DNA from: a virus
Length of the DNA: 64,000 nucleotides
Reading direction: 5' to 3' (one strand)
IMG/VR virus record: IMGVR_UViG_3300032285_004900
Span: 1 to 64,000 of that record
Under the pieces are notes generated by a model. The model saw nothing but the letters and a program-made list of their open reading frames with translations, was not told the DNA's origin and searched no databases. Shown here piece after piece: positions 47,225 to 55,619 of the stretch. The position numbers and the translations under genes were made by a program. The first letter of the stretch is position 1; the number at the start of each line of letters is the position of its first letter.

Positions 47225-47995
47225 TTATTTTTTATACCACCAAACTCCACAAGTGTCAACAACTCTTATTTCGTCTGTTATATTGTTTTTTTGTCTAAAT
47301 TCGGTAACCGCTTTTACGCAATTCGGTAAACAATAGTCATCAATTATAATTATTCCACTATCTGAAACCTTATCGTACAGAGGATTTAGTACATCCATTG
47401 TGCTGCTGTACATGTCTCCATCAAATCTTAAAATACAAAGTTTACCGATATTGCCATTATCCCTAAGAGTATCAGAAAACCAGCCATTTATGAAAATAAC
47501 ATTATTATCTAATGCTCCATACAATTCAAAGTTTCCCCTTACTTCTTCTTCTGAAATGCTTAAGGCTGAATATGTGTGCAAATCACTACCGAAATCATTT
47601 ACATCAGTTGGCTCTGGCAATCCTTTAAAAGAATCCGCAACGAAAATCTTTTTATTCAAATTGTAAAGCTTCAGGTACATCTTAATGAAAATACAACATC
47701 CACCTCTCCAAACTCCGGTTTCTATAACGTCTCCCTCTATATCATTTTCCCTCACATAATCAAGTGAATTGTGGATATTGTTAAGCCTCTTCAATCCAAT
47801 CATAGTGTGAGCTCTCTGGGGCCAAAATGTTCCTTCGAGGCTTTGAACATCTATTTCTGAATTAACAATAGCTTCCATAACCTCTTCCGTTGGGAAATCT
47901 TTAGTTAAAAAGAATTCATTCCTTACATCTTCATTATATGTAGTATCTGTTAGAATCCTTTTTAAAAAATCTAATTTTAGTTTATTGTTTTCCAT
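47225..47995 (-). CDS. TylF/MycF-family SAM-dependent O-methyltransferase
   Basis: GDVIETGVWRGGCCIF (G-x-x-x-E-x-G-x-x-x-G) and ILRFDGDMYSST (metal-binding D-x-D) match macrocin-O-methyltransferase-type enzymes. Confidence 0.6.
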   Translation of the reverse strand: MENNKLKLDFLKRILTDTTYNEDVRNEFFLTKDFPTEEVMEAIVNSEIDVQSLEGTFWPQRAHTMIGLKRLNNIHNSLDYVRENDIEGDVIETGVWRGGCCIFIKMYLKLYNLNKKIFVADSFKGLPEPTDVNDFGSDLHTYSALSISEEEVRGNFELYGALDNNVIFINGWFSDTLRDNGNIGKLCILRFDGDMYSSTMDVLNPLYDKVSDSGIIIIDDYCLPNCVKAVTEFRQKNNITDEIRVVDTCGVWWYKK

Positions 47996-48013
47996 GTTTT
48001 ATTTTTTTAAGAT

Positions 48014-48289
48014 TTAAGGACGTCTGTAAAAGCTAAGAACCCCACCATCTGCAGTTGTTGCAGTGTATGGACCAGGAGCTAATTTATAAACGCTGATCCA
48101 TCTGCTTGAGTTTCCTGGATACTCTGCTGTCATTACTGTTTGACCTGAGTGATCCTTAATAACTATGGTTCCTTGTTGATTTCCTCTGACTGCGATTGCT
48201 TTTCTGATCTCGCTGTAATAGAAGAACTGTGGAATAGTTGCTGCCGTGAGAACTAATCCTACTAGTGCTGTTAGAATGATCTTTTTCAT
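48014..48289 (-). CDS. Small secreted protein
   Basis: Signal peptide. Confidence 0.4.
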   Translation of the reverse strand: MKKIILTALVGLVLTAATIPQFFYYSEIRKAIAVRGNQQGTIVIKDHSGQTVMTAEYPGNSSRWISVYKLAPGPYTATTADGGVLSFYRRP

Positions 48290-48294
48290 ATGAT

Positions 48295-48522
48295 TTATTT
48301 ATTTTGTGCTAATACTTTAATTTTAATTCTACTAGGTGGATCGGTGTGGTATTCGTACCATGTATTTGCCTCCTTTTTACTATAAAAGGTTGCGCTATCC
48401 ATTGAGTGTTCTTCGAAGTATTTTGACCACCATAACCCTAAGATTAGTTTTTCAACTCTCCAGTATGGTTTCCCTTCATTGATAAGTTTGTCTCGGATCT
48501 CTATTAGCCTATATCTTGCCAT
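48295..48522 (-). CDS. Hypothetical protein
   Basis: ORF. Confidence 0.35.
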   Translation of the reverse strand: MARYRLIEIRDKLINEGKPYWRVEKLILGLWWSKYFEEHSMDSATFYSKKEANTWYEYHTDPPSRIKIKVLAQNK

Positions 48523-48523
48523 A

Positions 48524-49237
48524 TTAATTAAATTTTCTTTCTCTCTCCATTCTACGCAAACATTCCAAAGGCGATTCTTTAGACAGTAAATTCCAGCCGC
48601 ATCCTAGGGTACCACCTTTCCAAGAACCAGTCCTTTCCCCGACTTCGTCATTGAATTCTATATCTATTGAACGAATTTTTCTAGCAAAGAGTGAAGTCCA
48701 CATAAACCATCTAGGTCTCCATTCTCTTTCTTCAACCTTTATAGTTGCTGTTCTTTCCTGTACTGTTCCATCCTTTAATACGTATTTATATGGATGGGTT
48801 TCTTTCCATAAAGATTCTTTGACATCTTCCTTCCACCAATCAAAATCAATACCTTTCTTTCTATTACCTCGCATTTCATGCAGCCATGTTTTATCCTTAA
48901 GCATTCTAGATGTTCTCACCCACTCTGGACTCCAAGGCATATAGAATGTTTTATTTTTTCTACCCCAGCACCAAACAAATTCTGTTGGAATTGGACCCTG
49001 TATTGAATAGAAATAGAAACCATATCTTGGGGGATCACACTCATCATATTTGCTTCTGATCCAGCCAATATGAATAAATAATTGACCCCAGAAAGGAACT
49101 ATTTGAATCATAAGCCTATTGTCGAAGTATGACGCAGGAGCAATCTTAAAGGCTAGTTTATGCCATCCTGTGCAGAATTCCATCCAGTCGTTTCTGTAAA
49201 TGGTATGCTTACCGTATTTTTCTTTTCTTAATTTCAT
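48524..49237 (-). CDS. Trp-rich hypothetical protein
   Basis: 237-aa ORF. Confidence 0.45.
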   Translation of the reverse strand: MKLRKEKYGKHTIYRNDWMEFCTGWHKLAFKIAPASYFDNRLMIQIVPFWGQLFIHIGWIRSKYDECDPPRYGFYFYSIQGPIPTEFVWCWGRKNKTFYMPWSPEWVRTSRMLKDKTWLHEMRGNRKKGIDFDWWKEDVKESLWKETHPYKYVLKDGTVQERTATIKVEEREWRPRWFMWTSLFARKIRSIDIEFNDEVGERTGSWKGGTLGCGWNLLSKESPLECLRRMERERKFN

Positions 49238-49273
49238 AATTTTTATAGAACCTTTTAAAGGCTTGTTTCATTC

Positions 49274-49531
49274 CTATAAACTATTAGAATAATAATGTTC
49301 TATTATTTTTTCAATAGCCACCTCGTTATCCATAGAATCAACCCAGGTAAGGAAGCCATCGATGGTTTTGATTGAGTAGTGTTTAGTAAACCATCTTAGA
49401 AATAAAGCGTTATCCCTCTTCTGCATTTCTTTGGCTTCTTTAAATAATTCTCTATGCAAAGAATTTTGATAAATTCTAACACCTCTATTTAAAAGTGCAT
49501 TTTCTAACCATTCTATTGATGTCTGTTCCAT
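49274..49531 (-). CDS. Hypothetical protein
   Basis: ORF. Confidence 0.35.
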   Translation of the reverse strand: MEQTSIEWLENALLNRGVRIYQNSLHRELFKEAKEMQKRDNALFLRWFTKHYSIKTIDGFLTWVDSMDNEVAIEKIIEHYYSNSL

Positions 49532-49536
49532 GATTT

Positions 49537-49884
49537 TTAATATAGGTCTTCACTAAATAATCTGTTTTCAAAATCTATTGTATGCCCATTTGCTTGATGT
49601 ATCGCTGCCCCTTCCTCGCGATCAACAAATCTATTTTTGCTCGTGAGAAATCCTTGCACATATTCACCAACCTCAGTTTCTACACTTCTTAGTCCTGTTA
49701 AACTAACCATTGTGTACATACAGTGAGTATGACGGTAACCGCAAAAGACTAATCCTTTATCACAGTTAATAGGTAACACGTTGTGCGGTATCTCTTTCTT
49801 AATAGGTATTTCTTTATACCAGATAGCAGCGCATAATATGTACTCCGGTGTCATATTGCTTTTTCTATATTGTTTAGATTCCAA
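49537..49884 (-). CDS. Hypothetical protein
   Basis: ORF. Confidence 0.4.
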   Translation of the reverse strand: MESKQYRKSNMTPEYILCAAIWYKEIPIKKEIPHNVLPINCDKGLVFCGYRHTHCMYTMVSLTGLRSVETEVGEYVQGFLTSKNRFVDREEGAAIHQANGHTIDFENRLFSEDLY

Positions 49885-50108
49885 ACCCTAACTAATCTAT
49901 CGTAGTTTTCATCTTCAATTTTACCTTTTAGAGGAATCCATCCTCCAACGCATGAGCTATGAACTATCCCCTTCTTCGTGTCATAAACCCAATAGTAATC
50001 ATCCTCACCATCAATTACATCAACCAGCCTTACTACTTCAAAATAGTCTAGGACAAGTGTATTACAATAGGGTTCAAGTTCTTTCTTTAAATCTTCTAAT
50101 GTTGTCAT
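49851..50108 (-). CDS. Hypothetical protein
   Basis: ORF. Confidence 0.35.
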   Translation of the reverse strand: MTTLEDLKKELEPYCNTLVLDYFEVVRLVDVIDGEDDYYWVYDTKKGIVHSSCVGGWIPLKGKIEDENYDRLVRVWNLNNIEKAI

Positions 50109-50437
50109 GCTTCTGAATATGCTGTTTGTTCTTCAATTGTTTCTTCAATAAGAGGCTGATCCTCCAATCGTTCAATAACAATATTGATTGCTTCTGGATA
50201 CCGTTGTCCTTCCTGTGTAAGATGGATCCCTGCAAGTCCCAAAACCTCATTATCAATATAATGACGATTCTTACCTTTACCTTTTAGTATTTCATGGTCC
50301 ATTGAAACATCATTCCAATCTTCTAAAACAAGTTCATGTCCACCCCCTTCGTAGTTTTCTTTCAATTCACCCTTAAAAAAAGATTTTACATAATTCTTAT
50401 ACGCCTCATCCAATAATTCTTGTTGTTCGTTATTCAT
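50105..50437 (-). CDS. Hypothetical acidic protein
   Basis: ORF. Confidence 0.4.
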   Translation of the reverse strand: MNNEQQELLDEAYKNYVKSFFKGELKENYEGGGHELVLEDWNDVSMDHEILKGKGKNRHYIDNEVLGLAGIHLTQEGQRYPEAINIVIERLEDQPLIEETIEEQTAYSEA

Positions 50438-50443
50438 GGCCTT

Positions 50444-50779
50444 CTATTTGTTGATCTGTTCATATAACTCTTTTAGCTTGTCTCTAAAAGTTTCCATCAC
50501 TATTTCTACTGCCACGAGATGACCATACGGTGTAAGAATGTCTTCGCATAGTTGACAGCTTAAGAAAACATTTTCTTCAAGACCTAACATAGTCATTTTA
50601 GTCGAAATTCCTAATTGACCGATTGGGTAATGTTCTGATGGTTCTGTTCTTGTCATTTCACCTATGAACTCTACTTCCAAACCATGGTTAATTCGTTTCA
50701 TTGATTCTACTGCCGCAATGATGATAGGACTGATTTCGTTATTCATTGATGATAGATTTAAGTCTTTTAATCTCTGCAA
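50444..50779 (-). CDS. Hypothetical protein
   Basis: ORF. Confidence 0.4.
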   Translation of the reverse strand: MQRLKDLNLSSMNNEISPIIIAAVESMKRINHGLEVEFIGEMTRTEPSEHYPIGQLGISTKMTMLGLEENVFLSCQLCEDILTPYGHLVAVEIVMETFRDKLKELYEQINK

Positions 50780-50891
50780 TTACATCATCACCAAGTTCTA
50801 TCTTGGACATCATTGATAGATCCACTACTTGGGTTTCCAAGATTTCAATTAGTTGGTCTTTTGCTTCTTCTATAGTCATAATTTTGTATTT

Positions 50892-51236
50892 TTACTCTGT
50901 TATTATTCTGTATGGTATCTTATATGCTCGTAGTTCTTCGCTTAATCCACCTCCGAAAGGCATGAGAGCTTCCTTCCAAGCATTAAATAGCTCATCACCT
51001 ACCTTCAATCTGAGCAATTCCCATCTTTCTTCTCCTGAAAGATCTTGGGTGCATCCATTAGACCACTTTTGGTTAAATCTATCATTGGTTAGCACCATCT
51101 CTTTAAACTCCTCAAAATTATACTCCTCATAATCGATCCAATTTGATTTGAGATAGTTACGAACGTCCTCGCCAGTCCATTGATTATTCCGATAGTAGTC
51201 CCTGTATATTTTATATGCTTTATCTAAGCTGCTCAT
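50892..51236 (-). CDS. Hypothetical protein
   Basis: ORF. Confidence 0.4.
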   Translation of the reverse strand: MSSLDKAYKIYRDYYRNNQWTGEDVRNYLKSNWIDYEEYNFEEFKEMVLTNDRFNQKWSNGCTQDLSGEERWELLRLKVGDELFNAWKEALMPFGGGLSEELRAYKIPYRIITE

Positions 51237-51247
51237 AGTTTTATCGT

Positions 51248-51790
51248 TTAACTAGTAGGCCCGTGGATTGTTTTTCTCTTCTTCTCCTTTTGTAGGGTTT
51301 CAAATAAGGCTTCGTATGAGTAATATCTTAAGTAATTCTGAATCTGGAATACCAGTCTTTCAGATTTTGCTGATCTGTCTCCGTTGAGAATTTTTATCCA
51401 GTATCCAAGAAACATGATTAGGTTCTTTTCGTCGACCAATCCGCTTTTAGCCATAAAGATTAGTCGGGTTAGATTGTCAAAGTAGTCATCAAAAAGACCT
51501 CTTAATAAGAGCTGATCCTTAGTAAAGTCTTGATTGTAGTATGTTGCAAAGGAAGAATAAAGTAAATCATCATCGAATTTTATTCTTCTATCGTTTATGG
51601 TAATATCAGCGGAGTTCCAATCAAGAATGGTCTCCATAGCTATAGTTGATTCGAGTGAATGGAATTTCTCAAGCTCTTCCAGAAGAAATTTATTCTTCTC
51701 CCACTTCATTTTCTTGGTGTATTCCCAAACCCATTTGAAAACGGCAGCCAGTGCACTGCCGACTGCAAGTACGACGTTAATCGACGGCAT
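51248..51790 (-). CDS. Hypothetical protein
   Basis: ORF. Confidence 0.4.
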   Translation of the reverse strand: MPSINVVLAVGSALAAVFKWVWEYTKKMKWEKNKFLLEELEKFHSLESTIAMETILDWNSADITINDRRIKFDDDLLYSSFATYYNQDFTKDQLLLRGLFDDYFDNLTRLIFMAKSGLVDEKNLIMFLGYWIKILNGDRSAKSERLVFQIQNYLRYYSYEALFETLQKEKKRKTIHGPTS

Positions 51791-51816
51791 GTTTATTTTT
51801 TTAGACCTTTAAAAGA

Positions 51817-52092
51817 TTATATGTTCTTATCCACCCCTTTTATGGTTAATCCGTAATTAAGATCAAACATAATCATTTCCCTTCTTGCTAGAATTTTAGG
51901 AAATTTTAAGGTCTTTTTGATGTACTTCTCTCCCCAGTCGCACCACTCCTTAGATTGCTCTTCCGTCATAGTGTACTCCCTGTACCATTCATCCTTCCGG
52001 TCCTTGATATCATCGTAGGTAACCTGATGCCCTGCTATTTCGAACATTTTATTCAGCAGTGTTTCAACTAGTATTTGTTTTTTATCTTTCAT
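51817..52092 (-). CDS. Hypothetical protein
   Basis: ORF. Confidence 0.35.
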   Translation of the reverse strand: MKDKKQILVETLLNKMFEIAGHQVTYDDIKDRKDEWYREYTMTEEQSKEWCDWGEKYIKKTLKFPKILARREMIMFDLNYGLTIKGVDKNI

Positions 52093-52099
52093 TTTATTG

Positions 52100-52315
52100 C
52101 TAAGATTTAGGTCTTTCTATAAGAAGAGCTTCGACGCCTTCGTCCGTTTTGCTCCATTCGTGATTTCCGTAGTACCACTCTTCATTGGCGTTGAGCTTGA
52201 GTTTCTTGACGGGACCAACTATTGGATCGTCGTATCCGCCCTCGTAGCCGTCAACCACCACCATCAATTCAGGGTCGAATTGTTGTAGCTTTTCTATTAG
52301 CTCTTTTATTTTCAT
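52100..52315 (-). CDS. Hypothetical protein
   Basis: ORF. Confidence 0.35.
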   Translation of the reverse strand: MKIKELIEKLQQFDPELMVVVDGYEGGYDDPIVGPVKKLKLNANEEWYYGNHEWSKTDEGVEALLIERPKS

Positions 52316-52316
52316 A

Positions 52317-52526
52317 TTATTTCTTTTTAGAGTCCTTTTCGGTAAGCACCTTCAGAAGATTTGCTTTAGTGAGAATCTCCACTAGAGTGGAGTGCTTATC
52401 AGATTTATAGTAAATTGATTTTTTTCTGTCTCCATTAAAGAATTCTAGCTGAGAATCCCTTTCAATAGCGTACCATAATTCTTCATAAGGATTGTACCAA
52501 AAGATGTAAGAGTATAACGTTTCCAT
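52317..52526 (-). CDS. Hypothetical protein
   Basis: ORF. Confidence 0.35.
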   Translation of the reverse strand: METLYSYIFWYNPYEELWYAIERDSQLEFFNGDRKKSIYYKSDKHSTLVEILTKANLLKVLTEKDSKKK

Positions 52527-52542
52527 ATTTTTTTTATTTTTT

Positions 52543-53493
52543 TTATTCTGCCGAGAAGCCTATGCCTCCCTGTGATTTATTTCTAGGTGATTTCTTTAAC
52601 CCTTTAAGATGCGCAATAGCATCTTCGTACTTGATATCCAAAACAACAACTGAGATAAAGAGTTCTTTCAAGTGAGACATTGACATTCCCTCTGTGTCTT
52701 TAACCCATCTCTCCATATCAAGTTTTAGATCCGCCCCTTTATTTAAGAGGTAAGATCTTCTCACTTCTTTAGAAGGTGAAGCTATATAGTATCTGCGATC
52801 AAATCTTGATGGCCTGTTTGTAATTCTCTCTGCAAGTCTTTCTGGGTAGTTGGTGGTAGCAATATAAACCACGTTTTCTATTTGTTTAACCCCATCCAAT
52901 ATGTTCAGAAGAATTGAATTGACATAGTTGCTGTCACCTGCGATAGCATCTATATCTTCTATAATAACTATTAGAGGTCTGTTGGGCTCAATTTGTCTAA
53001 ATCTTGGAATAGCATCAACGTAATGCTTAACTGAGTCCTCATCTTTTAAATTGATTACTACACCAGATAATTCCTGGATAATATGCTTCATGCAGAGCTG
53101 AAGGATTCCAGATTTACCACATCCAGGATCGCCATAGAGAAGTATACCTCTCTTATGCATGAGCTTATATTTCTGATAGTCAGAAGACTTAGACCAAAAG
53201 CTTTTAATATCGCTAAGGATCTCCTTGATCTCAGCTGTAGGCAACTCGTAAAGTTCATCGGTGTTCATCTTCTGACCTATGAAGCTAACTGTATTGTATT
53301 TGTTATCCCACGCAAGCTCGTATAGGCCAGGACTTAATCTATCCACAGTGGGAACACTCGGAACAAATCCACCGTCTCCAACAACTGTCCATTGTGTAAA
53401 AATGTCTTTCTTCTTGTTGTCAGAAATGTAATCCTCCTCTTCTGCTGTGATCATGATATCCTCTATTAGCCTTTCGTAGTTTTTTATTCCCAT
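52543..53493 (-). CDS. AAA+ ATPase
   Basis: Walker A LLYGDPGCGKSG, Walker B LIVIIEDIDAI, sensor-1 IATTN and arginine-finger region RPSRFDRR. The N-terminal ~120 aa are unassigned. Confidence 0.7.
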   Translation of the reverse strand: MGIKNYERLIEDIMITAEEEDYISDNKKKDIFTQWTVVGDGGFVPSVPTVDRLSPGLYELAWDNKYNTVSFIGQKMNTDELYELPTAEIKEILSDIKSFWSKSSDYQKYKLMHKRGILLYGDPGCGKSGILQLCMKHIIQELSGVVINLKDEDSVKHYVDAIPRFRQIEPNRPLIVIIEDIDAIAGDSNYVNSILLNILDGVKQIENVVYIATTNYPERLAERITNRPSRFDRRYYIASPSKEVRRSYLLNKGADLKLDMERWVKDTEGMSMSHLKELFISVVVLDIKYEDAIAHLKGLKKSPRNKSQGGIGFSAE

Positions 53494-53544
53494 GGTTTCC
53501 TAATTTTAAGTAAATGTATAAAATAATCTCGATTAAAAAAAATA

Positions 53545-54072
53545 CTAATCCCACCAGCCTCTCATTCCGCTTCCGTCAAACCAATCATTCCAGTTCTTCT
53601 TTTTGCCAATCTTGCAGCTTTTGCAATCCTGACCCTTAAATATCTCCCAAAGCTCTTTCCATTCAGACTCTTCTATTTCACTTGCTCTATTAAATACTTT
53701 TCTGTTATGGTCCTTCTCCTGAGGTATTTCATTATCTACCAATTCATAAAATCCGGGATGAGATTCAGATTCTTTAAATTCCACAGGACCTGTAAATAAT
53801 TTACCTAGCTCCTTTTCTGCCATCTCGATATGAGCAACCCCTCTGACGTTGCTTAGAATCTCTATAGCCCTCCTCATTTTATCAACCTTTTTCATTCTGC
53901 TGATATCCTCTTCTATGCCATCTTTTTCGAATTTATCAGCCATTATCTCTAGACTTCTCCTCAACATGGAAAGTGTGTACCCGTAATCCCACCAACGAAA
54001 TTCAGTGAGCTCCCTTCTGAAAAGCCAGGCGTTTCTTAGAAAATTTGGAACCTTGTATCTAAATATCTTCAT
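53545..54072 (-). CDS. Hypothetical protein
   Basis: ORF. Confidence 0.4.
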   Translation of the reverse strand: MKIFRYKVPNFLRNAWLFRRELTEFRWWDYGYTLSMLRRSLEIMADKFEKDGIEEDISRMKKVDKMRRAIEILSNVRGVAHIEMAEKELGKLFTGPVEFKESESHPGFYELVDNEIPQEKDHNRKVFNRASEIEESEWKELWEIFKGQDCKSCKIGKKKNWNDWFDGSGMRGWWD

Positions 54073-54171
54073 GAGAATCTTTTATTTTCTTAGAGCTTTG
54101 TCTACACAGAGTTTCAAAAAAAAAGCCAGATATTTTTAGTATCTAGCTTCGTATTTGTGATCACTCGGAAA

Positions 54172-54636
54172 TTATTCTTCTTCTTCTTCGTCATCTTCGC
54201 TCTCCTCACCTTCTTCACCCTCTTTGCCATTGTCTGTCATCTCGTCATCCTTATTAGCAGCATCGTCGTCATCATTTTCATCATCGTCATTGTCCTCAAG
54301 ATCAACCTCGATTGGCTTCTCTTCAACTTCTTTGTGTGCTTCTCCGTCTAGCTCATTTCTAAGCCATTCAGAAACCTCTTGTACGTCGTCTTTAGAGGTT
54401 GAGATATGATCAGCAGCCCAATCATGACCGTTCTTTAGAAGAGCATCAACATCTGCGGGGTTGTGTGCAAGGATCTCATCAACATAGTGCTTAATAGAAG
54501 CTAGGTTTTGGAAGAACATATAGTATTGTTCATTGTGCTCTTTACCTGCTTCAGCGGGTTGCAAATTATCTTCAGCTATATCTGATACTTTTGCACCTTT
54601 CTTAGCGAAGTCTTCAAATGAAATAATTTTACTCAT
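54172..54636 (-). CDS. Hyper-acidic protein (D/E-rich C-terminal half)
   Basis: The C-terminus is EDNDDDENDDDDAANKDDEM...EESEDDEEEEE. A CTTTATATATC box is upstream. Confidence 0.45.
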   Translation of the reverse strand: MSKIISFEDFAKKGAKVSDIAEDNLQPAEAGKEHNEQYYMFFQNLASIKHYVDEILAHNPADVDALLKNGHDWAADHISTSKDDVQEVSEWLRNELDGEAHKEVEEKPIEVDLEDNDDDENDDDDAANKDDEMTDNGKEGEEGEESEDDEEEEE

Positions 54637-54669
54637 CTTTTTACTTTTTCTTTATATATCTATCTTTTT

Positions 54670-55344
54670 TTACTTTTTCGTTTTAATTCCGTATATTTTC
54701 TCCAGTGACACCATGCTAATACCGTACTTTTTCTCCAGTTCTAATTGGGTTAATGTTGGGATCTCAGCGGGTGTTGAGGTGTTAGTGAACGCTACAAAAT
54801 ATAAATACTTGCCAGTGGTAATGCTTTTAGCCGCCTTAATGCATATAGTTGGCACTACCGCTCTAGAATTACCTAGGTGTAAGCTAGTATCGCCGTAAAT
54901 ATTAACGCAAAATACGAGCAAAGAATCGGTCTGAGAGGCATCTCTGATTTTGCTCTCTAGCATTCTCCAAGGGCCTCTGTTTAATTCAGGCTTTTGTGGA
55001 GTGCAATTGTAAAATCTAAAAGTGAGCTCATCATAAGGACAGTTATTGGCAAAGTCCTCTGAGTTGGCCATATGACCTTTATCATATCCGCTTTTAGAGT
55101 AATCATCCGACGTGGCGGTTTTAACCTTCAGGTCATTGATAAATCTAAATCCTGCTCTGCTGCAGGGTCCTCCGCCTTTGTACAGCTTATAAACCACTGC
55201 AACCGGGCTTCCCGCTTTTTGATTGTGAAATGACACATAGACGGGATTGGTTATAACCGTGTCCCATTCTGGCATTTTGTTGAGCTTCTCCTGAGCATAG
55301 GTGAAAACAGGGAGCAAAAATAGAATAGCTAGTATTCTCTTCAT
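54670..55344 (-). CDS. Secreted DNA/RNA non-specific endonuclease (NUC1/Serratia-nuclease family)
   Basis: Signal peptide MKRILAILFLLPVFTYAQ. GYDKGHMANSEDF corresponds to the DRGH active-site motif. Confidence 0.6.
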   Translation of the reverse strand: MKRILAILFLLPVFTYAQEKLNKMPEWDTVITNPVYVSFHNQKAGSPVAVVYKLYKGGGPCSRAGFRFINDLKVKTATSDDYSKSGYDKGHMANSEDFANNCPYDELTFRFYNCTPQKPELNRGPWRMLESKIRDASQTDSLLVFCVNIYGDTSLHLGNSRAVVPTICIKAAKSITTGKYLYFVAFTNTSTPAEIPTLTQLELEKKYGISMVSLEKIYGIKTKK

Positions 55345-55355
55345 CTTAATTGTTG

Positions 55356-55592
55356 TTATTTTTTGGTCTCCGGAGGGGTGCTAAGATCAATATTAAATCT
55401 ATCCATTATCCCTTGCTGGGTTGCGAATTCAACCTTGCCCAGCATAAATTCATAGGCATCCTCGTGTACTATCATGTATTTATCAACAAAACCTGTCTTA
55501 ATTATGTGGATCAACTCAGGTTCTTCCCCATATTGGAAAGTTCTACAGCTTGGTGGGATTTCCACCATCTTAATAGGAATTACAGTTTCCAT
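55356..55592 (-). CDS. Hypothetical protein
   Basis: ORF. Confidence 0.35.
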   Translation of the reverse strand: METVIPIKMVEIPPSCRTFQYGEEPELIHIIKTGFVDKYMIVHEDAYEFMLGKVEFATQQGIMDRFNIDLSTPPETKK

Positions 55593-55619
55593 GATTTATT
55601 TTTTTTAGTGTTTTAAAAA

